Part shown: piece after piece, positions 25,947 through 40,400 of the stretch
How positions within the stretch are numbered: position 1 is the first letter of the stretch
How the letters are laid out: every line of letters begins with the position of its first letter
Assembly: GCA_950097015.1 (NCBI GenBank)
Contig: CATNEN010000039.1
Span: 12,896,001 to 12,960,000, forward strand
Length of the DNA stretch: 64,000 nucleotides
Source of the DNA: Macrostomum hystrix
Lineage: Eukaryota > Animalia > Platyhelminthes
Direction of reading: 5' to 3'
Translations under genes and position numbers: made by a program
Notes under the pieces: model-generated
Databases searched by the model: none
Told to the model about the DNA's origin: nothing
What the model saw: the letters and a program-made list of their open reading frames with translations, nothing else

Positions 25947-28900
25947 GATAGATTTGTGCTTGTCAACTTTGTAGCATTCAGTTATATAGCCCAGTTAGGC
26001 CACCCACCAATCTATCTATCCCTGCTGATGCTGGTACATATACGACATTAAACGAAAATTAATTGTCATGCTCATGAACCCAAACTTTGACTCTCGAGTT
26101 GGGACTCGAAATACCGACCTTTCGGTCAGAATTCCGATGCCATTAACCCCTTAGGCTACAAGCTCCAAAAATGTAACATTTCAGCTCTCTTAAGCATTCA
26201 GTATACATAATAATGACAGATTAACAACTGACAAAACTCGCAGACGACGAAAGCGTCTACAATAGGGAAGAGGAGGTCAAGCCGGATGAGGCCACAGCAG
26301 CGCCACCTGCTCCAACTGCCGAACCTGAGAAGAGCACAATCATTGATGGGGAGGACGATACAGGTATGTTCTAAAATGCGCCACTTAGAAAGCATTATTT
26401 ACCTTTTAAGTTGAAATAATCAGTTTATTATCTACTGTTTTATTTTAGACACCTCCATTGAGAAGGAGACTGCACCTGACTCGAGTGAGTGTATAGCTCG
26501 TAAAATAAAGGCGTTGAGATGCTTGAGATGAAATTTTTCCATTATTTTCTTATCCCTCGTTTTCTCAAATCGCATTTTAGAAATCACTGAAGTTGGCTGC
26601 TTTAAAAACAAGGACGATAATAGAGATCTGCCCGACCTCGTCTTCTCCGGCTCTGTCACCATCCAGCTGTGCGCTAGGATGTGTGCCGAGCGGTTCTACA
26701 GGTACGCCGGACTGCAGCGCGGTACTCAGTGCTTCTGCGGCAACAGCTACGGCAAGCACGGCTCGGCAACCGACTGCAACCTCCGTTGCCGCGGTAACGC
26801 GCAGCAGGTCTGCGGTGGAAAGACAAGCATTACGATCTACACCACTGGAGTCGCATGTGAGATATGATTTCTGAGAATTTAGCTCGTGTCTTGGATTTAC
26901 ATGGTGATTAAAGAAAATATTTTTGGAAATACAGAAAAGAAAAAAATGAGGGTTTTTGAAATACAACCGTGGTCTGTCTACTGTTAAATGTATTATTACA
27001 AAGTTTCAAGCCAACATTTGCATCCGTTGCTTACATTTCTACTGCCTTGCGATCCATTTTAGGGAAGTTCACGAGCAAGGGCTGCTTCCTTGACAAGGCT
27101 TCTAGAGACCTGCCAGTACTCGGCATGAGCGGCAAGATCAGCGTCAACCGCTGCTTCAAGCGGTGCCTCGACCTCGGCTACTACTACGCCGGTGTGCAGG
27201 ACTCCATGCAGTGCTTCTGCGGCAGCCACTACAACAGATTCGGCAGAGCTGACAGGAAGCAGTGCAACCGGAAGTGCCTGGGCAATCCTAATCAAATCTG
27301 TGGTGGCCACTGGCGCAACAACATCTACAGGACCACTTTTACCAGTTAGTTCTCACAGTCGATTACTCTTCAGACGTTGGATCGTATTTAAAAATAATTA
27401 TATTTCGCAAATTTATTGCTCACAACTTCCCTTCAGAAATCTCTCGCACTGCCGTTGGCTGCTTCAAAGACTCTGCCGATCGCGATCTGCCAGAGTTCAT
27501 TAAAAAAGGAGTTATGACAGTAAATTTCTGCATCAACAAATGCTCAGAACTGGGCTACAAATATGCCGGTCTGCAGGGCGGCAACACCTGCTACTGCGGC
27601 AACAGCTACGGTCGCTACGGCAAGGGCGAAGCGAACATCTGTACCAACATGTGCTCAGGAAACAAGAACCAGATGTGCGGCGGTGCCGAGTACAACCTCG
27701 TTTTTGAGACCGGCGCTTCTGTTGGTGAGTTGGTAGCAATTAGAATTTGAAGGCCTGTTTTGTCATACCAAGAATTCCGCACCAAAAATTCATCATCGCA
27801 GTCGAGTTCGAGAACTTGGGCTGCTTCGTCGACAAGAAGAAGCGCGATCTGGCATTCCTGGCTAGCAAGAGCTCCAAGGTGAACTTGAACAACTGTCGCC
27901 ACAGTTGTCGACGCTACGGTTTCCTGTACTTCGGAGTGCAGAATGGCAACGAGTGTCGTTGCGGTAACAGCTACGGCACTTACGGATCAACGCAGAGCCC
28001 AGAGGACTGCAACATGAAGTGCAGCGGAAACAAGGCTCAGATCTGCGGCGCCTCTTTCTTGCAGAACATCTTCGCAACTGGACTGACAACCGGTGAGGAA
28101 CTTTCTAGTGAAGCTATTTTCTTAAAACTGCTAGCTTTCCTAAGTTTTACCGAATGAGGCTTATTGAAGCGTTTAGTGGGCCCAACTAACCCCCAAGCTG
28201 TGCCCAAAAATTAAAAAATAAAAACAAAATAAATAATGAAAGATAATCACACAAATGGTTGATATTGCTTGGCCTTCATTGCAGATACGATAATCATCAG
28301 CCCTGGCATCACGACTACAACATCAATCAGCGGTGATAAGGACGAGATCATCGGCGGCGACATCACTGTTATTCCGGGCAGCGGCGGTGAAAGTGGCTCT
28401 AAAATCTCCATTGAATACCTATGGACCATTGTCACATACACTGGTAAGATACGCTTTTTACCGTTCCAAAGTTCTGAATGAAGAGTTAATGAAGGCAGTA
28501 AGTCGAACCACAGAGCTGTGCATTAATTCCCAGATCTGATGCAGCTCAGCTTCGGCTGCTTCAAGGACACCGCAGAACGTGATCTGCCAGTGAGTGCGTC
28601 CATCTCTGCCAGCATGACAGTGAAGTCCTGTTTGAAGCTGTGCCAATCGAAGGGCTTCAAATTCGCCGGCCTGCAGAACGCCAAGGAGTGCTGGTGCGGC
28701 AACCAGTTTGGCAGGTTCGGCCTCGCTAAATCGGGCAACTGCAACAAGCAATGCGCCGGCGAGCCAGGAGCTGTCTGTGGCGGAGACTGGCTCAATAGCA
28801 TCTTCAGCACTTCGCTTGAGAGTGAGTTTGCATCCACCACCCGGCTTTAATAAGTCATTTGAGCTCAACTTTGGGCTCACCTTAGGTCATCTACTCCTAT

Positions 28901-29328
28901 CCGATGTTCTCAAAAAGTACTCATTATGCCTTCTACTCAAACATTAATCTGGACTCGAATCTTCTAATTTACCCTATATTTCCAGTCAGTTATCAAACAG
29001 AGCTCTGGTAGTTATGTATTTGGATAGTTTTCCTCTTCCAGTGGATCTCAAACGTGCTCTCAGTTAGAATAGTGGATTTAATATAACAAACCCAATTACT
29101 AACTTTTAAGACCTCCAAAGCGTAATCACCTACTTTACGCCCAAGACAATCATCAGTACAATCACCACCATTACCTACTATGACGAGAATGGAAATCCAA
29201 GTAAGTTTCTGTCTAAATTATAATGATTATGAATGAATTGATGAATCTAAAATCAGTATCCAAAATAATTTACAGTCTCATCCAGCTCGTCCACGACGAC
29301 ACAGGAACAGTCGTTGCCTGAGGCCTAA
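21947..29328 (+). CDS. Secreted multi-WSC-domain protein, paralog 1 (13 WSC domains)
   Basis: Signal peptide MRLVVLLCLAVVVSSLDA. Thirteen ~285-nt exons each encode GC(Y/F)xD..RDLP..C...C...Y.YAG.Q...C.CGN.YG.YG...C...C.GN...CGG.W.N..Y (WSC signature), arranged 4+4+4+1 with small linker exons. Stop at 29326-29328; no TM segment seen. Confidence 0.92.
25551..25942 (+). mobile_element. SINE family A, full-length copy with (TTA)n tail and TSD
   Basis: A-box TGGCAGAGCGG, B-box GTTCGATTCC, long (TTA)n tail, direct repeat AACTGATAGATT at 25537-25548 and 25943-25954. Confidence 0.92.
26015..26160 (-). mobile_element. Degenerate SINE family B-like copy
   Basis: GCTGATGCTGGTAC and GGGACTCGAA..CCGACCTT similarity to the 38363 copy. 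Confidence 0.45.
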
Positions 29329-31345
29329 GCAGTCTATCAGCCTGCACACGGAACTAATTTATTAAACACTGTGAAATGGTGCGTGGGATTCCTTTTGCAC
29401 TCCAATTGCTGAGTGATGGTATTATGGACATTGAATTGACACATTAAAGTAAATTGTTTTGTGATTTAACAAATATAATATATATATATATAAATTCAAG
29501 AGCAACAACATTCCGAAACAAATCGGCAGGTTGCATTGAAGTTTCATGAAAACTACAGCAAAAATGTATTCAGCGATTTCCTGCCTTCAACAACCCCCAC
29601 TCTCTCGACCATAGACTATTCCCTTTGAAAGAGTCCAGCTAAACCTACGAAAATTAATGTAAGAAAAGTAAAAGTACACTAACATTGAAATCAGAGACCG
29701 CGTTTTCTCTCATTTCATTATGGGCCCTAAAATATATTGTACAAAGTTTTCGTCTGAAATCCGGCAACAATCGAAAAAAGCCGGCAAACAATTAAATTAT
29801 TACCGCAAGTATGAATGCCGGAAACCATAGACAAAAGGGTACAATTTATTATATCGAATGCCGATGTAAATAAAAACCAAGTAAACTTCGAAACTATAAT
29901 TTGCTTTAATATAACAAAAAATGTGGTTAAACATTGTCAAAACGCCGCTGAGGGAGATAACAGGCCTGTTCAATTTACAGCTTCTCCTGCGATGCAAGTG
30001 GGCACGAAGCGCAGCATCGGCCGGTACCAACCTGCAGATTTTAAAGGTGTGATGAGGTGTGAATTAAAAAAGTAAAAAATAATACTAAACATTTTTTGCG
30101 TTTTTTTCTATAAAAAAGCTCATTAAGTTCACGAAGGAAAAACGAAAGAAAATCGATATGCTGTAATCGTACTGTAAGCGCTGTAGGAATTGCTCACGAG
30201 AGCGCTCAAAGTCGCTGGCAGCTGTTCAGGGCTCGCTGCTTTTGATCTCTCTAGACTCATGGCCCGGGGGGCGGCAGGCAACAACGGGTTTCATATTGAG
30301 TAAAGACTCCAGGCAAGTAAGCAACTCTTTTAGTCCGCGTTTGTAGTGGCAAGAATTATAAATTACCAACTAAAAATAACATTCAAATAACAAACACTAA
30401 ACTCTATGTGACTGAATGAGTTATGCAATTTTAAGTTCCATGGCTAAAATGCTTTTATTTCAAGGTTTTTAGCTTCATCATCTCGGACACATATACTTTT
30501 TAAACCTGTATTTCACTACAGGTCATTGAGTCGCATTTATGTGAAGTTCACAAAGGTAAGTTTCAGGTGTTGCTGGAGATACGAGTGTATGGGGCCAGTT
30601 TTATAAATATAAAGCCAGCTGATCTCTAGCGTATTCTATGATTTGAAGTCCTATTTTTTATATTTTGAACTGAGACACCAGCTTTGAGGTACAGACGATG
30701 TGATAATCAGACATTCACATAGACAAATGAAACAGTCAGGAGTAATTTTTAGAAAAACAAGGCTCGTTTGATCGATGTCGTATTAGCTTGAGAATGCTCC
30801 ACTACGAGTATATCAAACTCTGCTGTTTTAAGTTTATTGAAAATCGATTGGATTTCTACTTGGCCAGGCTGCAATGAACTGATGAGCAGCTATGAGGATA
30901 TTAGTCAACTGAAAAAAAACTCCAGCAAAACACCGTCCACCTGCTTTCCATGCTATATCCTCCAGACGATATGAGACAGTCTGACATTCTTTGAAACCAA
31001 CAGAGCGAGAAAAACAGATCCTCCGCCGTCCTACCCTTTGCTCACATTGAAAGAGGAAGAACTAGCGAGGACCAATTGCGATCAAAACAACACATGGTTT
31101 AAGAGTTGCAGTGGATCTTCGGAGGACAACTGGAGGTGGTCAGTATTACCCTCCACCCCTTTAACAGGGAAATATCTCAATCCTATGACTAGGAAATCAT
31201 TTCTTGCTAGCTCATAAGGTCTTCTTAAAGACAGCATAGGATGAGCAAGTCTGAGTCCGATCTATGAGTCCAGTGGGGATACAAATCCGGTTCATACCGG
31301 TTCATAAGCAGATGTTGCAGACTGTCGCACCACCCTCGAACTGGC

Positions 31346-31355
31346 TTTATAAAAG
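31346..31355 (+). promoter_or_regulatory. Candidate TATA box of WSC paralog 2
   Basis: TATAAAAG ~120 bp upstream of ATG 31468. Confidence 0.4.
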
Positions 31356-31467
31356 CAGTCGCTGAGACGTTAAACGGGGGCTAGGGCTACAAGACTTGTG
31401 ACAGTCATCTGCTTCTGTACCTTAAAAGACTTGTGTACTGCCGCCCTTTACCTTTGAAACAAACACA

Positions 31468-34400
31468 ATGCGCTCCGCCTTTAGCGTGCTAGCTGCCGTC
31501 TGCCTTCTGGCCACGATGTCCCTGCCGGATTCTGTGTTCAGTCAGGAAGACACCGCGACTGCTGCCAAACGTGAGTTTTGGGTTTAAGTCACGTCAGAGA
31601 GCATTAAGACTGGGGATAAAACAATGGATGGCTGAGCCGCATTCTCAGGGGGTCGGTGGCAGAGCAGTCTAACGCGTTTGCCTCTCGCGCCAAGGTCCCT
31701 AAGTTTGATTTCCACGGCGAGGCCACTTTCATTTGGGGCGCAGCCACAGAGAGAAGGCTTGGGGGCTTGTCGTGCAATTTACGCTCTTGATGGCCAACCT
31801 CCAAGGCACTGAATTGTACACTGACTGCCGATGAGAAATTCAGGGCAGATTTACACACCTGTGTGAGCGTGCGAGTGTGTACGGTATCTGTGTGCGTGTG
31901 TGCGCAGGAGTCAGCGACATAGGCAGAATTGCCTCCTCGCTGCCTGCAGGTCTAGTGTCACCAAATGATATGCCATTGCCCGCAGCCCCGCTGTTATATA
32001 ATATATTCTCAAGAAAATTCTTCATGCTTTTTGAAGAAAGATTATTTGCACCCACCAGTTCATCTAGTAAGCACTGCCGGTGAGATAGCAAATTAGAGTC
32101 TCACCTACCTCCCGTAGCAAGCTGAATCCCAAATCATTTTGCCTGATTACGCTTCAAGCATCCAAAAAGTTTAAGCATAATAATCGGGATACTCAAACTT
32201 TCCTCTAACAGCGCCTACTTACACCAGCCTTGGTTGCTATAGAGACACCGGTGAGCACGATCTACCCTTCCTGAGAGAGATCAAGGCCACCACTGTGTAC
32301 CGCTGCCGCGACCAGTGCCGCCAGCTGCGCTACAGGTACTCAGCTAACCAGTACTACGACCAGTGCTGGTGCGGCAACAAGTACGGCCGCTACGGCAAGG
32401 CTGTGGACGGGGAGTGCGGCCTGAAGTGCAACGCCGATAAGGAACAGGTGTGCGGCGGTGTCTGGCATCAGAATGTCTATAGCACTGGCGTCGGAGCAGG
32501 TAGTTTATTTGTCAGTCTGTTACAGAATCAGTTTTTTAGTCAGTCTGAAAACTTTTGATTTTCAATTGCTTCAGCCGCCTTGTCCATCAAGCCGCTTGGT
32601 TGCTTCGTCGACAAGCCGGACCGTGACCTGCCATTCCTCAGTGCTGGTCCGATTGATGTAAACAGCTGCCTTAAGCGATGCGCCGACCTCGGCTACAAGT
32701 ACGCCGGCCTGCAGGTAGGCGTTCAGTGCTGGTGCGGCGACAGCTACGGCCGTTACGGCAAGGCCACTGACTCCGAGTGTTCCATTGTGTGCGCTGCCAA
32801 CAGGCAGCAGCTGTGCGGAGGTCACTGGCACAGTCTTGTTTATGAGACAGGCTTCACCCGTGAGTCTTCTGCCTAAATGTCAGCGCAGTCCAAGAGCCCA
32901 TGCATATTTGCTGAACTGATTCCATTCCAGCCTCTGAGCGAGAGAACCTCGGCTGTTACGTCGACCAGGGCGTCCGGGACATGCTGGAGATTCTCCCTGG
33001 CATTGTGAGCATTGAGTTCTGCAGGCGCTACTGCTACAACCTGGGCTACAAGTACACCGGTGTGCAGTACGCCTCACACTGTTTCTGTGGCAACAAATAC
33101 GGCAGATATGGTAAAGGAGAACCTTCCACCTGCAACATGGCCTGCAATGGCAAGAATACTGAAATTTGTGGCGGGCCGTGGCGCAACAATGTCTACGCCA
33201 CTGGCAGGGAGGCAGGTAAGAACATATCATAACCTTATAGTTAAAATCTAGCGAGAAGTCAACAAGGCACAACCAAAAAAGTGATTCATAACGGTGAAGT
33301 ATTTATCAGATGCAGTCCAAAAGCAAGTAAAACTGACAACAGTTTGTGTCGTTCTCAGACGAATTCAACCTGCTGGGCTGCTACAATGACAAAGGCGTGC
33401 GCGACCTGCCGTGGCTATCGAAGGCCGGCGCCGTCACGCTTAACAACTGCCGCTTCGAGTGCGCTAGCCACGGCTTCCTATACTTCGGCGTGCAGAACGG
33501 CGACCAGTGCTGGTGCGGCAACAGCTATGGCAAGTATGGCAAGGCGGCTGACGGCGCCTGCAACCGACAGTGCATCGGCAACAATGAGCAAATCTGCGGC
33601 GGCTACTTCCTAAACAGCATCTACGCTACCAATGTACAGGCTTGTGAGTTGCGTTGCTGCTCTTTAAGTGAAGAAAGCGTCATAGTCGACTGTCAGTTTT
33701 CTCAGTTTAAACGACGTGTCGCTTTTGCGCGACACTTTCAATGGCTGCCTACAGCTGTTCTGTCCATGGACTGGGGGCTAGCACACCCACGCAAACTTTT
33801 GAATCACCTGATGGTACCCAATTCACAGCCGGGAAATCGGGGTTTGTTTCTTTCTAGAAAAGAAACAATGAAACTTGAGGAAGCAAACAACAGAACTCAA
33901 CAGACCCAATACCATGACTGCGAGATTACCACGCTTCCCTGTACCTTCACGTATCCAGCATTCAAACATTTTCAAGCGATAATGTATGAAGACATTAAAT
34001 GCATTAATGTTTCATCACTCGAGGTGACTTTTGCCCCAAAATTCATTTAGCGACATGATGTCACTATCAAATTTTAATTTCAAATTCCAGTTGAGGGCTC
34101 GGATACCGGTGAGCTCACCAATTAATCAATCCATGGTGTTATGAGTACAATTTTATTCTTTTCATACACTGTGAAGGATTACATCTTTTGGAGTATAAAA
34201 GATAGGAAAATATTTTTATTTCTGAAATTAAGCTTTGAGTACAATATCTGTGACAATTACGCAGCAATTGAATATGGCGTAATATTTTTTAATTCAAGGA
34301 TCTGACGCTCAGTCTGCTAGCGACGATAAAGGTGAGGCTAGCTGACTGTTAGTTAAACTTGAAACATTCTAAAAATGATCGCTGATATAACAATTAGCAG

Positions 34401-37400
34401 TATCGATTTTTCAGAGAGAGCCCTTATTCAAGGAGTGACGTCGGACACCATCGGTGAGTGATGAATCGGAAATTCGTAGTTGAATACTCGCGTTTCAACA
34501 AAATTATACGTACTCTTGTGTTAACGACGTTCCTATTTACATTTTAGGCAAACTGGTGACGATCAGCCAAATTCGTGAGTTAAATTAGACAAAAATAAAA
34601 GCCCGTGTACTATTGTATTTTACACCACACAGCAAACACCGGCTTCGTTAATCTACTCGGAACAGAGATGCGCACATACGGCTGCTACAAGGACAGCGGT
34701 GAGCGCGACCTGCCGCAGTTGGTCTTCACCGGAACTCTCAGTGTGCACTACTGCCGATGGACCTGTCGGCAGCTCCGCTACCGCTTCTTCGGCCTTCAGT
34801 CCATCAGCCAGTGCTTCTGCGGCAACAGCTTCGGCCAGTACGGCCAGGGGGCGGACTCCAACTGTCAGTTCAAGTGTGGCGCCAATCCCGACCAGATCTG
34901 TGGTGGCGTCTGGTACAACAGCCTCTACGCCAGCGGCATCTCCGTGGAGGGTGAGATATACGACCCGCTCAATTAAACACTTTTTACTGATATTTTTGTC
35001 CAATTTCTGACGCAAATATATGACAATCGAACGGCAGAAGCCGAGATGAAGCCCCTTGGTTGCTATGTGGATAAGCCAGACCGCGACCTGCCACTGCTTG
35101 GAACCCACTGCCCCATCATCAGCATCAACACCTGCGTGACCACCTGCGCCGATCTTGGCTACAAGTACGCCGGAGCCCAGGCCGGTGCCTGGTGCTACTG
35201 TGGTAACACCTACGGACGTTACGGCAAGGCCGAGGACTCAAACTGCTACACTCGCTGCCACGCTAACCGAAGACAGATGTGCGGCGGTGGCTGGCATCAG
35301 CACATCTACGAGACGAAAGCTGACAGTAGGTTGCATATAATGCTGCAATCTATCATCTAAAATGCTATAATATAATGCCTTTCATTGTACCTTTCATCTT
35401 CAGCCACGAACCCTGAAAGCCTCGGCTGCTACAAGGATCAGGGCGTCCACGACCTCGTCGAGATGGCCCTGTCGGGTGTGGTCAGCATTAACTACTGCCG
35501 GAAGCTGTGCCGCAACCTGGGCTACCGCTACGCTGGTTTACAGTACTCCATGCAGTGCTGGTGCGGCAACAAGTATGGTCGCTATGGCATGGCCGATGCT
35601 GCCAACTGCAACATGAAGTGCACTGGCCATCACGAGCAGATCTGCGGCGGCGTGTGGCACAACAACATCTACGAGAGCGGCAAACCTGCCTGTGAGTTTT
35701 TAGTTTACTTTTCATGTTAGTCATAATCTGCAAATGTTCGTTCGCTCAGGATCCCAGATCATAGATTTCTGAGATCATCTTTGTACATCGTTTTTGCCTA
35801 GAAAAACGCATGTAGCCGCAGAATATTAAGCCTTCCGCCTAAGGCTACAGACATTCAACATTTAAAAGGTCGGAATTCGACCCTTTGTCAGCGTCTGACT
35901 TTAATTGACGAGTATATGAACGGAATGCATTACGCACTTCTGTTGCTACTTGTGGGTAGTGGATTTAAATTATTTCTGACTCAATACCAACACCAACTCA
36001 GTCTACTTCAAGAGCATGGGCTGCTATAACGACAAGGTGGTTCGCGACCTGCCTTTCCTGGCCAAGATCGGCCTGGTGAACCTCAACAACTGTCGTCAGT
36101 CCTGCTGGCGCTACGGCTTCAAGTACTTCGGTGTGCAGAACGGCGACCTCTGCTTCTGCGGCGACAGCTACAACAAGTACGGCAGGGTCGATGATGTTCG
36201 CTGTCAGAAGCGCTGCCTTGGCAACAATGCCCAGGTTTGCGGAGACCTGTGGCTCAACAACATCTACGAGACTGGACTCGGAGGAAGTGAGTCAATTTTC
36301 CCAGTCTCCAAGTGCTTCTCCACTGCTTCACTTATAATAAGCATTTTCACAGTCAGTATCAACAACCAATATTTCAAGGCGACGAAAGCGACTACGCAAG
36401 AGAAACTGAGGAAAACAAGTCGCAAGAGAAGACTCAGCCAGATGAGACATCCACAGTCATTGATGGCAACAACGAAAACGGTGAGTGGATTCGCCTCTCG
36501 ACAAAAAATATTATCTTCACCACTTAGATATTTGTTAAAGCGTGATTGTAAATACTTTTTTCAGAGCCATCCATCGACAAGGATACCGATACAGAAGTGG
36601 ATACAAGTAAACTTGATTTTTATGGCTCTCTGTTCACCTATTACTATTACCGAAAAAATCTAATTTGCATGAATTATATAAATGAGCAAACAAAGGGCAC
36701 CTGCAGCCTTCTTTTAATTAGCTTGTAGATATGTTCTCAAGAAAACAGCTAAAAGGACATCACTTCTAAGTCCGCCACGCTAACGCCTGCAGCTTGTTTT
36801 CGTCGAGATAGACTTTCTTACGCTCAGATAGATACGGGTGCACGGGGCTTCAAGCTCGAACTATTCTCAGCTCTCGTAATGCCCGACTTGAATGACTAGA
36901 TTAGGCAAAGACGTGACAAGAATAATTCAATAGAACGGCAAGCTTAATGGCTTGATCCTCAAAGGAATAACTCTTTACCTATACAAAATGGAAGTGACGG
37001 TTATGACTAAATAACAACAGCTCAAATGAGCACGGGTGCCGTCGATCGGTTTAATGGACTTTAGCATCCATCAATAAAGCCACTTTTAATGTAGATGCTA
37101 GTAGCTCGCTTAAATCGAAGTATGGTAATAAAGACGGTGAAAAGTGTTTTTTTTCTCTCTCTTCCCTACTCGCCGCTACAGCCGTCAAGTACAAGGGCTG
37201 CTTCGCCGACAAGGCTGCCGACCGAGACCTGCCCGACCTGGTGTTCACTGGCACCGCCACCATCCAGCTGTGCGTGCGCCTGTGCGCCCGCCGTCTCTAC
37301 CGCTTCGCCGGTCTGCAGTCGGGCACGCAGTGCTTCTGCGGCAACAGCTTCGGACGGCACGGAGCCGCCGACAGTAACGACAAGTGCAATGCTCGCTGCC

Positions 37401-40400
37401 GCGGCAATGCTCAGCAGTTCTGCGGAGGAGCTTTCTTTAACACCATCTACTCGACCGGATTTGCATGTGAGTAGTTTGTGAATATGAGAATTCTAAGCAA
37501 ATATACTTATGCAGAATTCATTCCAATAGACATACATCCCAAAAGTAAGTTTCGGTCAACAATAAGAAGCGAACAGTTTGAAGGAAAGTCTTAAAACTTT
37601 AACAGTAGTCAAAACAAGTCATAGTTTGCCAAAATGACTAACCGCGTTTGCCAGAAATGTACTTAAGAAAATGTATACTGCAGCGAAACTTATTTTTGGG
37701 ATAGCCCTCGTATGTGATTTATCAGCCCTATTGGTGCTTGATACGATAATTTATTGTGCGTAATTAGATTAACTCACATTAGTATTGCCGAAGTCATAAA
37801 CTACACAGCTTATTCATAAGCATAATTTTGTGTTTGTTGCAAGACCGATATGGTAAATAACTCGCCTGCGGTCTAGTTGACTCTGCTAGCTAGAGCAAAC
37901 TTGTCCGTTACCTTACAGGGAAATTCACAAGCAGGGGCTGCTTTGTTGACCAGGCGGCTAGGGACCTCCCGGTGCAGGGCATGAGCGGCCAGGTCAGCGT
38001 CAACCGCTGTTTCAGGCGATGCCGAGACCTCGGCTACTTCTACGCCGGTGTGCAGGCTTCGTTCCAATGCTTCTGCGGCAACCAGTACAATCGCTACGGC
38101 AAGGCCGAGGACGCCAAGTGCAACCAAAAATGCCGCGGCAATCCGACCCAGACCTGCGGTGGCGTCTGGCACAACAACATCTACAGGACCACCTTCAAGA
38201 GTAAGCACCTTCCTGTTGCGTTTTATTATTGAAAAAACTAGAATAATTGATTGGTTAAAAATAATTCGATTGATTACACCTGCCCCAATCGGGCCAGATG
38301 TACAGCCGACAGCACAGCCGTAGCTATTGCGCGGCCCATCCGAAGGCTGCGTTCAGCTGTTCAGTCCATGGACTGGGGGACGCCACACCCACCCCCAATT
38401 ACCCCAGCTAATGCTGGTACAGATTAATAGCTGGGTGAACTGATGCGATGCAGAATTAGGTGTCTTGTCAAAAGAAAACAAACTGTTCCTACGGGGTCGG
38501 AGTCGGGAATTGAACCCGCCGACCTTCAAATCGTGAGTCGACGCTCTAATCAATAGGCTTCAACCCCTATTGAAAAAACTATAGTGCTTGCATAACACAT
38601 GATATTTTCCTATCCTAATTTTCAGAAATCGCTCGCACAGCCGTTGGCTGCTTCAAAGACTCTGCCGATCGTGACCTGCCAGAGTTTGTGGAGAAGGGCC
38701 TCATGACTGTCAACCTCTGCATCAACAAATGCTCAGAACTGGGCTACAAATATGCCGGTCTGCAGGGCGGCAACACCTGCTACTGCGGCAACAGCTACGG
38801 TCGCTACGGCAAGGGCGAGGCAACCATCTGCACCAACATGTGCTCAGGCAACAGCAACCAGATGTGCGGCGGTGCCGAGTACAACCTCGTTTTTGAGACC
38901 GGCGTCACAGTCAGTGAGTTCCAGAGGACAGGAGAACAGTAGAGGACTCAAAAAAGCACTATTACAGTCCCTGAGACGACTGTGTCTACCGAAAAAAACT
39001 TATTATTCAGGGGAGCAATGATATCTGAAGCGAAGGCAAGGCGGTGGTAGTTGGCGAGAGGCGAGTTTCGACTCAAGCCATTCTGAGCAGTAAATTTTAG
39101 CAGATGAATAATTAAGTTCGAAGTATTCAAACTATTAACGAAAGTTGAAAGCAAGCTTTAATTTGTTACTCTAATTTTTTAAAGGAAGAATTTTGCTTGT
39201 GTGTACAGGGCAAAAGAACAGTGCACTCGGCACACGTACTGAGCGAAGCATGCCAGGCGAGACAAAAAATGAGAAGTTTAGAGACTTACGCAATACCATT
39301 CCGATTAAACTACGAGTAATATCATGATAAACGCTGGTTCCTCACATCAACGCCCACCTTGTCAACGCAAATTCAAATGTTTCAGCTGAATTCACCAGCT
39401 TGGGTTGCTTCGTGGACAAGGCCACCGTTCGCGACCTGCCCTTCCTGGCTCGCAGATCCAAGACCAACCTGAACAACTGCCAGCGCCTGTGCAGCCGCTT
39501 CGGCTTCCTGTTCTTCGGCGTGCAGAATGGCAACGAGTGCCGCTGCGGCAACTCCTATGGCAAGCATGGCAAGGCCGAGGATGCGAACACCTGCAACGCC
39601 AAATGCGACGGCGACGCTTCGCAGACATGCGGTGGAACGCTGGTGCAGAGCGTCTACTCGACGGGACTTTCTAGCGGTGAGCTAGCACTGCGGTGCTCAG
39701 GGGATATTGTCAGATGAATAATCTAGTTTTTTAAAACTACCGATATAACTGCCACTGACTGACCATTGGATTGCACATACGATGGTTATTTATCTATTTC
39801 TCATTTTGTATGTTAGTATAGCATCAAAATTCTTAAAACTCTCTTAGATTCGATCATAATCAGCGAAGGAATCAGCAGTACTGAGTCGATCACTGGCAAT
39901 TCGATTGAGATCGTCTTGGGTGATATAACAACTAGTAGCAGCTCAACTTCGAGTTCAAACCTCGCTGATGGAGGTGAGATTATTCGCGTGATTCTGTTAT
40001 ACTGTTCCGAGTTTTGACACTTCTAAAGCAAATAAAACCACTTATGCATTGTCAGGCAATACCGTCATATCATACGAGTACATTTGGACATTCATCGGAG
40101 CCGATGGTGAGTTTTACTTTTTAGCACGTTTGATATGCGTTCACTGATTTGCATAACTTCCATTTAAGCTTCTTTGAATTTCTATTGATGATTACATGCA
40201 CCCATTCACACTTGATAGTTATTATTTAAATTGCTCCATAAAGATAAAAATCTAATGATTTCGAACGAATGGTGGTCCTAAATACTGCAATAATTCACAC
40301 ACTGCAGCCCTGGATCAGCTAAGCTTCGGTTGCTTCAAGGATGCCGCAGACCGCGACTTGCCAACCTTGGCCGAGAGCTCCAGTGCAGTGACTGTCAAGC

